A stretch of 63,926 nt of DNA, the filler included, from Octopus bimaculoides (Eukaryota), in NCBI RefSeq assembly GCF_001194135.2. It is 4 parts of 4 records of this genome, joined end to end, with 100 filler letters (N's around TTAATTAATTAA, not from the genome) between each part and the next. Parts side by side here need not be neighbours in the genome. Positions count along the whole stretch, not along the records: positions 20,780 to 50,088 come from NC_068999.1; 3 more parts are not named here. One strand, given 5' to 3'. The notes under the pieces are model-generated. The model was not told the DNA's origin. It did not search any database and saw nothing but the letters and a program-made list of their open reading frames with translations. The position numbers were made by a program, and so were the translations under genes. Shown here one piece after another: positions 24,686-38,109 of the stretch (positions within the stretch are counted from its first letter, which is position 1; every line of letters starts with the position of its first letter).

Positions 24686-26554
24686 TACAGAAAGCGAAAC
24701 ACAAATCTTAATAATGCGAAACTATCCCCTGTGTTTCCAGACTGCTTCTATATTTAGCAGATCGATAGCTTTANNNNNNNNNNTTTATTATGCAAAATGT
24801 AATTATTTAGAAGACACTATGCATTCCAAATGAGTGATGTGCGACTACAAGCGTTATATATATATATATATATATATTACATTACGGTTTTGTTTATAAT
24901 TTCCTTTCAGGTTTTAACCGGAAAGGGCGCCACGTGTCACTTGAGTAAATAACGAAAACGACTTCGCACGCATTCAGGTCTGTTAGAAACTCTTTTAGCA
25001 CCAAGAACTAAATGCAAAACGAATTTGTATACAAAAACAATGATTCTGAAATAATGTCCATCATAGGTTATATTTTCATGCAAAGCCTCCAAAAATATGT
25101 TTTACAGCAATGCGTCTCCATGACTGTTGCGCAGAAACAACAAATACAACAGTGCTTTAAATTACCACTTTTCTCATTTAATAATTTAAACTATGTCTAA
25201 GAAGAATTGGAATAGGACCACTGAGTAAAAAGTGAGTATGTACCATTCACAAACATGGTGATTGTTCTTATGTTTCAAACAGATGTCATCGACGTACGTC
25301 TCTCCATACAGCACAAATAAACAGTGAGTCTGACAGAACGAACCCACTGTGATCTCGATAATTGTTATTTGTGCGAGCGACCAATTGTTTATGAAACAAA
25401 AAAAATATATATGTGTTCTATGTAAGAGCAGCCACTGTAATGTGAAGATAAAGCGGAACAATGAAATGCTTTGGAGGATTCTGTTTCTATTCATGAAATG
25501 AAAATGAATTAAGAAATAAATATGTAAATATATTAATATTGATGTTATAAATAAATTGTAGAAATGGAGACTTGGAAGTCATTAATTACAGCAAGAAATA
25601 ATTCTGGTGAAGAATAAATATGCAAAGACACAAAGTTCGTTGAGATATGAGACAGCATTAAAAACAGATTCTATAAATATGCAAATATTAATATATTCGA
25701 TGTGTTCATCACAGTGCGAGGATAAAAAATAATTGCGTATTTGTCTTTCTTCACGTTCTTATTGTTTTTCAAAATATTATCATGCACCAGTTAACTGCAT
25801 ATTAGAGATATTGATTGATACTGATAGAGATATAATTGATATATGCAAACACACTGGCATGCGCACTGATGCACATTATATATGCACAAACATGCTCCAG
25901 CAAACACAGAAGCTCAGACATTCTTATACATATGCATATATGTGTATATATTTTTGTGTGTGGTTATTAATGTAATCAGATAAATTCACTTCTTAACAAA
26001 CTCTGGCACGTAAACAATGTATGATGAACATAAGATATACGAAGACGTTAATCTGTAAATAAACGGGGCGTGTATAATACCACTGTGTCTCCATAATTAT
26101 TTAGAGATTAGCCTGAAGTATATTGGTTTATTCGAAAATCTACTGAGGCGTCACGATATAATCCAGTTTTCTTGTCATGCTTAACCTAGTCAAATGGCAT
26201 CTAAATGTCTGAGCAATTAACACTTTTGCTTGATCAAAATATATTTTACTTCCATAATCGTTGTCGTAAGGTGAGTTAATAGACTATGATGTTTCTCGAT
26301 GCTGTGGTGCTGAAAATACTCTTCTTCTGATTAAATATCTATTGTAATGGAAAACATTTCTACACTGGTTAATTATATGCAGGTGATAATGACGTTCAGA
26401 TAACGTTAAGGTATGCGGTGTTTCTTTTGAGGTACGATATGAAATATATTCCTATATATGTAAGCACGTACAACTTTTCAAATAGGTTCATTTGCAGTTA
26501 GTTTTACATGGATAATATATTGAGTACATCTCTTTCGAAGGGGATATTGCAATA

Positions 26555-26745
26555 GCGCAGGCATGGCTGTGAGGAGAAGAAGGTCGCTGCAAGAGCCGGT
26601 ATTTCTGTATGATTGAGAAACCTTCTTTAATTTCAAGTGGCCTGATTTTTAGTCCCACTGAGCGGGAATTTGATCATGTACCTTCTACTATATTTACGGT
26701 AAGACCAAAATATGTGGAGAGAAATTGATCGAGTGAAAAATTTAT
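26555..26745 (+). mobile_element. Highly decayed CORE-like SINE head
   Basis: GCGCAGGCATGGCTGTG...AGTCCCACTG...CTTCTACTATA...GACCAAA. Confidence 0.5.
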
Positions 26746-28227
26746 AAGACCATCATAAATTCATATAAACATACACAAGCACACATGTACACACACTCAC
26801 ACACGCACAAACACGCGCGCACATAAACACAAGCTGAAGTTATTTTTGTTAGCGTTACGTGCACATACTGGTTGGACGAGATGAAACGTGGCTTTATCCA
26901 GATATAATTTTCATCAGGCCAGTATGATATTTAGCATGCATTGTTCACAATCTCATTTTGCTCAGCGCATCCCACACTTTTGCAGACCACTTTTACCCAA
27001 TATGATAAAGCAACACACATTTATACAAGGAGGCACTAGATATTATATAAGATAACGCTCATCTTAAAAACAAATGAAATATGGTTACCGCGATAAATAA
27101 TATAGCGCACCATAATTATTGAAACCTCATGTAGTAGTATCACTACTAACAATCAAGACTCGTAGAACAAATTTTGCTTACAAAACCCAAACAGTATCTT
27201 AGAAAATGGCGAAACAACAGAGAGCAGAAAGATAGGCTGTCTGACTTTTCTTAAACCAATATATTGNNNNNNNNNNNNNNNNNNNNNNNNNNNNNNNNNN
27301 NNNNNNNNNNNNNNNNNNNNNNNNNNNNNNNNNNNNNNNNNNNNNNNNNNNNNNNNNNNNNNNNNNNNNNNNNNNNNNNNNNNNNNNNNNNNNNNNNNNN
27401 NNNNNNNNNNNNNNNNNNNNNNNNNNNNNNNNNNNNNNNNNNNNNNNNNNNNNNNNNNNNNNNNNNNNNNNNNNNNNNNNNNNNNNNNNNNNNNNNNNNN
27501 NNNNNNNNNNNNNNNNNNNNNNNNNNNNNNNNNNNNNNNNNNNNNNNNNNNNNNNNNNNNNNNNNNNNNNNNNNNNNNNNNNNNNNNNNNNNNNNNNNNN
27601 NNNNNNNNNNNNNNNNNNNNNNNNNNNNNNNNNNNNNNNNNNNNNNNNNNNNNNNNNNNNNNNNNNNNNNNNNNNNNNNNNNNNNNNNNNNNNNNNNNNN
27701 NNNNNNNNNNNNNNNNNNNNNNNNNNNNNNNNNNNNNNNNNNNNNNNNNNNNNNNNNNNNNNNNNNNNNNNNNNNNNNNNNNNNNNNNNNNNNNNNNNNN
27801 NNNNNNNNNNNNNNNNNNNNNNNNNNNNNNNNNNNNNNNNNNNNNNNNNNNNNNNNNNNNNNNNNNNNNNNNNNNNNNNNNNNNNNNNNNNNNNNNNNNN
27901 NNNNNNNNNNNNNNNNNNNNNNNNNNNNNNNNNNNNNNGCATGTATATATATGTATTGTGAAAAGTATACAAACGAAACACCATGGTGACGCGTCGAAAA
28001 TATATGAACAATTAAAGAGAACTGCAACTGGACATATTAAGCGACAAACAACACAAATTTTACATATATAAGGATGGAACATTCATGTGATGATGTATTG
28101 TGTATGATGGAAAAATAACATAAAATGACGATAATATTCATGATATTGGTAAGTGTATTGTACATATTTAAGCTTTTGTTAAATAGAATGTAGCGTGAAA
28201 ATAAGACTTCCCATGATAATAGTTTTT

Positions 28228-28395
28228 ACTTCAACAACTACTACTACTACAACAACAACAACACCTACTACTACTACTAGTACTACTACTACTACTACAA
28301 CCACGACCACCACCGCTACTACTATTACTACTACTACTACAACCACCACAACCACCACCACCGTCATCATCATCATCACCATCATCATCATCAAT
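28228..28395. repeat. Compound trinucleotide repeat (ACT/ACA/ACC/ATC)
   Basis: Direct inspection. Confidence 0.9.
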
Positions 28396-29050
28396 GCTGC
28401 GATTGCAGTTGTATACGCCAGTCGGTAGAAACGGAGAAGAGAATTAAAACGAAACAATAGAAGAAAATATAATGATATTAAGTAATATGTTTAGAGCTGA
28501 AATGCGGAAATGTCTTAAACATAAAATGAACAATAACAGTAATTCATCACTATCATTTTTTTTTTACAGCATTGACGACAATACTAACGAAAATAACATA
28601 AGCATTATCGTAACAGGAAAACAACATTTGCACAAGACATGGGAAAAATAAAGAAACGACATATGAAGAAAATGCAAAACATTAATGAATATATTAAAGT
28701 ATTCCAGAGAGAAATTAAACACATTTGAGAAAAATATGGAAGTGAGCAATTAATTTAATAAACATGGCTGCAAGGTATGGTGTTTTGTTATGAATTTAAA
28801 ATATTAGAAATGTTTATGTCAGAACAAACATGTAGAAAACTACTGAGAGAATAATGCATGTATGCATGTAAGTATCTATAATACACACAGGCTCACATAT
28901 ACATATGGAAATAGTTGCATTTAAGATATATCTTGACTTATTTTGACGTTAATATATATATTTCAGAATTGCATATCACAAGGTAGTACTAATCACACAA
29001 CTACAAATGTATGTATAGAGAGACGCACCGCCCTTTTCTCTCTCTCTCCC

Positions 29051-29083
<33 letters not shown>

Positions 29084-29499
29084 NNNNNNNNNNNNNNNNN
29101 NNNNNNNNNNNNNNNNNNNNNNNNNNNNNNNNNNNNNNNNNNNNNNNNNNNNNNNNNNNNNNNNNNNNNNNNNNNNNNNNNNNNNNNNNNNNNNNNNNNN
29201 NNNNNNNNNNNNNNNNNNNNNNNNNNNNNNNNNNNNNNNNNNNNNNNNNNNNNNNNNNNNNNNNNNNNNNNNNNNNNNNNNNNNNNNNNNNNNNNNNNNN
29301 NNNNNNNNNNNNNNNNNNNNNNNNNNNNNNNNNNNNNNNNNNNNNNNNNNNNNNNNNNNNNNNNNNNNNNNNNNNNNNNNNNNNNNNNNNNNNNNNNNNN
29401 NNNNNNNNNNNNNNNNNNNNNNNNNNNNNNNNNNNNNNNNNNNNNNNNNNNNTTGCAAACCGTCTGGCACACACCACATTCAAACGTGTGCACATACAT

Positions 29500-29860
29500 A
29501 TAATCAGAATAGCTGGATGAGGTTTGTTTTCCATGGATTCGCAGGTGAGATTTGAGGCCAGCCAAGGACAGACATGGTCTGTCACAGACTGTGCACACAA
29601 AAAGGTCCTTGTCATTCACCTTCTCAGTCTTTACATTTTTCCTTAAATATCACTTGAGCCCTGCTTGCATCATCCTGGCCTCTTCAAATGCTTTCACTCC
29701 ACTCCACACCCTTGTTCGCCATCCAACTCGATCTGAAGCGAGGACTTCTATATCTTTTGGAGCCATTCCAATTGACTTCATAGCAGTCCTTATGCCATCC
29801 TTATGTATGTATATAAAGTATGTTATTATTCCATGTTGTTGTGTTTGTGACTTCTGTGGG
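29500..29860 (-). mobile_element. RTE (BovB-like) LINE 3' end with C-terminal zinc-finger-like motif
   Basis: IEVLASDRVGWRTRVWSGVKAFEEAR...LKR(H)LRKK...FVCTVCDRPCLSLAGLKSHLRIH in one continuous RTE C-terminal layout. Confidence 0.85.
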
Positions 29861-30029
29861 AATTTGAGCCTTCTTTGCTTTTGGAAACCAGAACGCAATC
29901 TTGATACACAAAGTTTGGAAGGAGATTGTATAGTTTTGGCCTTGCTTAGGGTCACCTATGTTCAATCAATCCATGGGTTAAAAAGGGTATTGAAATTATT
30001 TTGACAGAAAATTCTGCAGCTATTGAGGT

Positions 30030-30372
30030 GATGATTTGGTGGATGGTATCTTTTCAAATCTTCTTCATAATAACACCAATATCGACTGGATCTCTGAGAG
30101 AGCTGTCCTGGCTCCAAATAATGTTGCAGTACATAGCATCAATAATATGCGATTGAATACGCTTCCGGGAGAAATATTCGCTTATAATTCAATTGAGAGA
30201 GTCCTTGATTATCAGGATCATGTGAACTACCCCATTGTATTGTTGAACTCACTTGAACCACGAAGTACAACCCCTCATTGTCTTCAGCTGAAACAAAGGT
30301 CTCCTATTATACTATTACGTAATTCATCTCAAGGGAAATTATGCGATGTTACAAAATTAAATGTTCACGGTT
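30030..30372 (+). mobile_element. Helitron PIF1-like helicase fragment
   Basis: WISERAVLAPNNVAVHSINN...LPGE...NYPIVLLNSLEP..TPHCLQLKQRSPIILLRN....LCDVTKL. Confidence 0.9.
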
Positions 30373-30589
30373 TGGGTGCGTGTGAGTTTGTTTGTTTTTT
30401 TTCTTTCAGATATCTTTCGATTTTATTGTATCCCCGTGAATTGAATTCGTTCAAGGTGTTTATCTCGCTACTTGTCCTAGCACGTCATGCTCACGACGAC
30501 AGTAATGAAATTTGTTCCCTCTAATTCTTTCTGTAATTCAATTTTCTCTACTTCACCGTTTTCTATCTGTCCGTTTGTCTGCTTGCATG

Positions 30590-30700
30590 TCTGTCTGCCT
30601 GCCTTCCTTCCTGTCTATCTGTCTGTCTCTCGCTCTCTGTCTCTCTCTCTCTCGCTCTCTCTCTATCTCTCTCTCTCTCTTTCTCTCTCTCTCTCCGTCT
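30590..30700. repeat. (CTGT)/(CT)n low-complexity tract
   Basis: Direct inspection. Confidence 0.85.
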
Positions 30701-31565
30701 TCCTCTTTTACTCTCTCGGTCCCCACACGTGACGATCGTACATCTTTTTTTCCGCAATTATTCCTCTCTCTTTTATTTCTCTGTGTTGCACAGACCAGAC
30801 GTATTCTTGTCTGCCACCTCTCCTATCACTTCTCCTGTCAAATAATGTTCCTCAGCGTTCGCCACTTTAACCTGTCTGGATTATCAGCCCTCACTATTTG
30901 TTTCACTGTCTTGCATTTGTTACCAACTTTGACCTCCCCCCACGCAATATCTCAAGTTTTATTTGGGTTTGCAGGAGCAACTAATTTCTCGGAGGCACAT
31001 ATTGTCGTGAATTGCTCGAAATATTAGTAGATAAACAGCCGACAACTGATAAAAGGGCCGTTCTTTGTTACTTGCTTTGTTTTCCATTATTTTATCTTGC
31101 TGTTCGCAAGAAAACTGTTTGTCTTCTGTTTCACGTTGTTTTCCGTATTTCGGATTCCATGTTATCGTATTTCACGTTGTTTACGTTTTGTGACGGTTCT
31201 GTACCCATATCTGCATATATATATATATATATATATATNNNNNNNNNNNNNNNNNNNNNNNNNNNNNNNNNNNNNNNNNNNNNNNNNNNNNNNNNNNNNN
31301 NNNNNNNNNNNNNNNNNNNNNNNNNNNNNNNNNNNNNNNNNNNNNNNNNNNNNNNNNNNNNNNNNNNNNNNNNNNNNNNNNNNNNNNNNNNNNNNNNNNN
31401 NNNNNNNNNNNNNNNNNNNNNNNNNNNNNNNNNNNNNNNNNNNNNNNNNNNNNNNNNNNNNNNNNNNNNNNNNNNNNNNNNNNNNNNNNNNNNNNNNNNA
31501 GAAAGCAGTTATATACACCAGTAGATATGTAGATAGACTGACGGATAATGAGACAGATAGATATG

Positions 31566-31601
<36 letters not shown>

Positions 31602-33578
31602 TAGACAGATAGAAAGAGAGAGTGAAAGAGAGAGAGATAGAGGGGGGGAGAAATAAGAGCGCGTGCGTGTATACTTACATAAGTACACGAATTGAGAAAT
31701 ATATACATCTGCGTGAAATGTGTGCGTTTGTATGCAAGTTTCTTATTCCAACATTGAGCCATGCTGCTTTTGATGAATTTCAATCTCATTTCCTTAGAAC
31801 TACAAGCTGTGAAGAAAAAGAAGTCATGCCTACGTATCTTTTGCGTGGGAATGATTATCGTTCACTATTGTGTGAAAATATTCAAAATAATTTACGTCAA
31901 ATCATCATTCATCAAATAGCTTTTCAACACGAAATGTTAATGCAAGTGCACTTAGTTGAATTAACTGTTAAATGGAATTGGATGTTTAAAAAACAGAAAT
32001 GCGTGTTCTTACACTTCGATTAAATAATAGATGATTGCTTATTCGAATTTTCTTTTAATTCAATAATTAGAATTAATGTGTTGCTTAAGTATTATTCAAT
32101 ATACTTCTATGGTTGTAATTTCTTTGTGCTCCTCTTCTCCGTTTGGATTAACGTATATATTGATGTACGATAAATCTGAATCTGATTAAACCCGCCCATA
32201 TTATCAGCACAGTGTTCTAGGAATTTTAAATGTAATTTTTCAATATGTTTCGGTAATATATATTTCTCATACTCGAATTATCATTGTTATCTTCAATATA
32301 GATCCTATCATATTGATGGTGTAACTTCACACACTCCAATACCTTTAAGGGTTTGCATGTAAAAGAGTTTTATAACATTGTGACACTCTTTAATTTAATA
32401 GCTACAAAGATCTAATTAGCGAAAATTAGGTTGTTCTGATATTTATATATATANNNNNNNNNNNNNNNNNNNNNNNNNNNNNNNNNNNNNNNNNNNNNNN
32501 NNNNNNNNNNNNNNNNNNNNNNNNNNNNNNNNNNNNNNNNNNNNNNNNNNNNNNNNNNNNNNNNNNNNNNNNNNNNNNNNNNNNNNNNNNNNNNNNNNNN
32601 NNNNNNNNNNNNNNNNNNNNNNNNNNNNNNNNNNNNNNNNNNNNNNNNNNNNNNNNNNNNNNNNNNNNNNNNNNNNNNNNNNNNNNNNNNNNNNNNNNNN
32701 NNNNNNNNNNNNNNNNNNNNNNNNNNNNNNNNNNNNNNNNNNNNNNNNNNNNNNNNNNNNNNNNNNNNNNNNNNNNNNNNNNNNNNNNNNNNNNNNNNNN
32801 NNNNNNNNNNNNNNNNNNNNNNNNNNNNNNNNNNNNNNNNNNNNNNNNNNNNNNNNNNNNNNNNNNNNNNNNNNNNNNNNNNNNNNNNNNNNNTATATAT
32901 GTTCGGGAAAGCTATGCTTGGCCTAACTATATAACTGAATCTAATCGTGCTAATATAAATGCTTCAATCAACCGACTGTGTGCAATATTTGAGAAACCTT
33001 TGACACTCAGAAGAGTTTAATCCTCATATCAGGCACTTTTCTATATTTTGAGTGTCTTTCCTTGCTATTTACTTTGAAGGGCCTCATAAAATTCGCTACA
33101 TCTTTTATTCTTCTTTAAAATGCATTAATAATTAATATTTACTAACATTTTAGCATGCATTTCAAAAAAATATCCCAAGACGTAAGGCTGTACGTTATCC
33201 ACTAATTACATTACTTCAGTTACCTCCGTCTGCTTCAATATCTAAATTCGGCATACTAGTTCAGTTATGCTTGTCAAGTAGTTATATACTATGATCCAAT
33301 TTAGCGTTCATCTCCCACATAATTTCTGATCATTATTTTTCTTAACCTGAGGATAGATATGACAATTGTGTCACTACCTTCAACGCTTAATTACCTGCCT
33401 AAATAAAGTTTCGTATAATGCTTATCAAATGATAGAAATTGTCATATGTAATTAACGTATGTATTACCTTGTATTATATGTGCATGCATAGTTCTACACA
33501 TACATAAGGGCTTCCATTTGTGCATAGATACCTGTATGGATANNNNNNNNNNNNNNNNNNNNNNNNNNNNNNNNNNNN

Positions 33579-33630
<52 letters not shown>

Positions 33631-34909
33631 AATGTATATGTGTGCGAGCGTATTTAAAATCTTATAATCAGCAATACAATTGTCTGACAGATGGATGTAA
33701 AGCGTCCAAGTTATTTCCAGATACCAAAATTATTAGATACGTGAATGCCGTATATTTTTGTTGTTTGAGTCCAACAATATGGAAACGTGAACAAATTCCA
33801 ACCATACTTGCACTGCATAAATCAGTATTAACCCAAGTAATTTTGTTTTCCTTCATAACTGTCAGAGTGTGTGACAGTACATCAACCAATTTAGCCTATA
33901 CTTGGTCTATGTTTGTCTCGATAGAATAGTTTGTTAAATATATTTATCACGACCACATTCTTCGTAATCAGCATAGAAGCCATGTTGTGATGCGATTAAG
34001 TTTCATAATAGATTGAATTACTCTGGACAACCTAGGTTTAGCTACTGGGGTAAAACCAGGTGTTTTAGATTAATTGGAAGATGCTGATTCAGAATATAGA
34101 CTATAATTCCTCACGGAAGAGGTATGTTTGCATATATTCTCAATGAAGGAGGCTGCGGGATGAAAACCACTGTTTGTGTTTAAGGAAATCCAAGAGAGAT
34201 AAAACGAGCACATGTTTTTGGTGGAACGACATAAATCAACTTTCATTCTGAAGACGTGGAACAGTTTGATACTGAAATCCAATTTTTTTTTTTCATATAT
34301 ACTATTTGATTTCAGTAATAACTTAAATAAACCGCAGCCTTTAACACGACACTATTAGCAAAAAGAAAAAAGTCTATCAGCATTTGTGATTAAGCAAATT
34401 TTCAATACAGTAACAATAAATTATTGAGACGAAAATGAAATTCACATGATTGATCTCTGGACGTACGATTTTCAACACGAAATATTTGATAATTTATTAC
34501 GCAAGGATGTATTCAACTGAGACGCTTGACGAATGCATCATAATTTACAATTTACACCTTTGGCTGCTTCATTCACACGTCATAATTTACACATTTGTAC
34601 CTATAATTACGTATTATAGACAACATCAAAAACCATCATCTCCACCTCTCTGAATAGCATGAAATGATAGCTGCGGTGCAACACGTTTTCAATCCACATC
34701 TATTCAGATGCCAAAGGTAGGGGGATATGCAAACGAAATTTTCGAAGGTCACAATTCAGTACTCTCCTATAACAACGTATATATTTCTTATATATTAACA
34801 TTTTCAGTAAACAAACGTTCATATTTCAGAAGAGATTGTCCTTACCGATTTAAATAATTCATGTACGCTTCTGTTTTTAGATAATCCATATATTCTTATG
34901 GTTTCGTCC

Positions 34910-36130
34910 CCGCAGGTCTTTACATTTCAGTTACGTAGAGGGAAATTGTTAAAAATTTACAATAATGATAGTACAGAGTTGTTGAAAATGATTGAGTCAA
35001 TAACCAAATATTGGGCAATATAAAATAGTCACCAGAAGTATAAATTGAATAGCTAGCAAGAAGTATAAATTGAAGATGTGAGTCATTGATAACTGAGAGT
35101 TCAATGTTGAGGATGATGGTCGTATTTCTTTCTCAAACGCCAGCGTTTCTCCGAGCCGAGCCGATCAAAGCAAAAGGGGACGTAACTCTTTGTATTCATT
35201 TTCTTGACAATAACTAAAACTCAATCATTACAATACTATACTCAAGAAAAATACATTCGAATAACACTTTCCCCCTTAAGGAGAAGACATTCTCACAGAA
35301 ATTTTCTGTTACAATAATAATCTTAATACAATGAACGTTATAAGCATAGCACAGATGGACCAATTACAATGATGATACACCATACAGCATGAAATAAATA
35401 TAAAATTAATATTCTGAATTTTACAATCTAGAAAAAGCATCAGCACAAACAGTGTCTTTCTCCCTAATATGTCTTATCACAAGACAGTTTGCAGTAGCAT
35501 AGTCCATAATTCCTTTGGACACTTGATGTTTTGGGCAACTTTTTCAAAATGTAGAAAATACTTGTCCACCTCTTTTTCATTGAAAGGTGGAATCAGTCTG
35601 GCGTGTCTTGTAATTCCGAAAGTGGAAGAGTGTGATGGACGAAAATAATTTTCTAGCTTCTTTAAGGTCAAGTTCTGTTTTTAATTTCAAGCTATTTAAG
35701 CTCAATTTCCGTATCGAAACTTTTCAAATCTAATTGCAGCTCATGATTTTTCATTTCTAAATGGTCTGAAGGTAATTTTTCTACCATCTACAACGCATCA
35801 TGTCCGAAACCCCCCTCATCAACGAAGTGATTTAAAACAAGTTTCAAAATTTGAAATTTCCACACAAGAGGTTTAGTCTTAACTTTGAAATACGCAGAAA
35901 TTTCCAATAAATCTGATTTATCCAAGACACCAACCGTCTCAGGTGTAGGGGACTTAAGAAAATCCTATAGGTTGAACGTCATCTGTTCTGGTTTCAGCAG
36001 GTAAAACGAACAGGTATGTACATTTCAGTTGTGTATTGAGAAACATGGTAAAAATTTACAATATTTGCAGTACAGAATTATAATATATTTGAGTCAAGAT
36101 AAAATAGTCACCAGAGTCCGAAAATATTAA
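34910..36130 (-). mobile_element. Internally deleted Ty3/Gypsy LTR element (gag fragment 35477-35700, PPT, LTR remnants)
   Basis: RLIPPFNEKEVDKYFLHFEKVAQNIKCPKELWTMLLQTVL is typical Gypsy gag. The minus strand has AAGGGGGAAAG|TGTTA (PPT plus LTR start) at 35266. Diverged direct repeats lie at about 34920-35035 and 36020-36115. Confidence 0.72.
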
Positions 36131-37017
36131 AGGTTAGGGTTCCAAGTGTCTACAGATCTTCAATATCCTTTCACAATCCTGAGTGACCTACATAGGGTGT
36201 TTTCAAACAAAATTCTATCTCACCATGTTATCGATATCAGATGAACACACTTTACTGATGGGAAGGAATATGAGTGTCACAACATCAAACTCTCTTATTC
36301 AAGAAATGCCATATATCAGAGAAAGATTGAAAAGACAAAAGTGTAGTTCAATCAATGGTTGTGAAACAGGATAGTTGTAGCTCCTGAGTTGAAGTTAGTG
36401 AAAATATAAATGACTAAGGGTGCGTGTGTGTGTCATATGTATTTATGAATATACTTAACCACTGCATATAATGTAACTGAAAAAATGACAAGAGCGTTTC
36501 AAATTCTTTGTTTTCTTTATGTTTGTTGAAAAATCAATAACGATGTTGTCGTTGATTTTGACGAAAGGAAATACATGCAGCAAGTATTTACTTTCCTTTC
36601 ACAGAGACGGTAAATTTTAGCACATGTTTGTTCAACAAACTGTTCTACATGTAAAATGTAGCTTACGAAAACTTAATACACAAAAATACATTCAAATACA
36701 TGTGCGTGTGTCCGTGTACGTGTTTGTGTTTAATATATGTACATATGTATATAAAGAATTTGTGTTTATATATATATACATATATATACACATATGCATA
36801 TATATATGTATATATATATATATGTACGCATATATANNNNNNNNNNNNNNNNNNNNNNNNNNNNNNNNNNNNNNNNNNNNNNNNNNNNNNNNNNNNNNNN
36901 NNNNNNNNNNNNNNNNNNNNNNNNNNNNNNNNNNNNNNNNNNNNNNNNNNNNNNNNNNNNNNNNNNNNNNNNNNNNNNNNNNNNNNNNNNNNNNNNNNNN
37001 NNNNNNNNNNNNNNNNN

Positions 37018-37055
<38 letters not shown>

Positions 37056-38070
37056 TTACGTATGTATGTATATCATGTTGTGTTTGTTTGCTCTTAAAAA
37101 TGGACCACGGTAAGAGGCAATTAAATTTTAAATAAATATATCAATTGTAGAGATCCATAAAACCCATATTTTCAATCCGCGTTTTATTGTAAACAAAGAT
37201 CGTATAATTGTAAAATATAAAAAGAAAGGAAATAGAGAGGACATCACACTACAAATACAAAAAAGGCAAAATAAATATTAAAAAACCATGAGTACATTTT
37301 CAGTTGGACAGGAAATTCAATTTCAAATTTAAATCAAAACACATTTTGCCTCATCTACCGCATATATGCTGTTTGCAGTGATGTTCAGTCATACGCACTT
37401 ACACCAATACAGGCGCATATTCATACATTAATACACACTTACATTCAAGCATGCACGTGTACACACACGCAGACACATATATACATATATATGTGTTTAA
37501 GTATATATCTATTTAGGCATATATATGCATGTGTATATACGCACTCATACACAGACATATATGTTTAGAAATATATTTATATTAATATTCATCTGTTTGC
37601 GCCCGTGTATGCATGTGTATCTGTATGTTATTCAGGGATAATTTGTATTTTCAATCGCTCGCACATTGGATTTATTGATTTATTGTATGTAATCTTTACT
37701 GCTATATTCTTCCTGTATTATTTTTATATCTTTCAAAATCATCTTCACTATTACAGTTCTGTGTAATATGTTTTTATTTTTCATTTTAGTTTTTAATCAT
37801 ACTATCAATTTACACTCTAATCTCATCTACACCACTCTTTCTACCTTTTATTTCAATTTTCTGTTATGTTCATCTTTTCTCTCACTTCAAATATATCATA
37901 GATTTGTAATTTATTCGCTTAGCTTTTTCTTTTTTTATAACAGCATTATTTGAACTTCCCTCTATTTCTACGCATACACGAATATATATTTAAACGTTAA
38001 ACACTAACAATAAAACATACAGAAACATCTCTCTTACATTCTAAATACATACACACATACACACACGCAC

Positions 38071-38109
<39 letters not shown>

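Noticed and set aside
28195-28428. Mucin-like poly-Thr protein
   Set aside because: It is a translation of a compound trinucleotide microsatellite with no splice or domain support.
29520-29620. Host C2H2 zinc-finger gene (CTVCDRPCLSLAGLKSHLRIH)
   Set aside because: A single finger continuous with the RTE C-terminal motif DR..WR; it is part of the LINE ORF.
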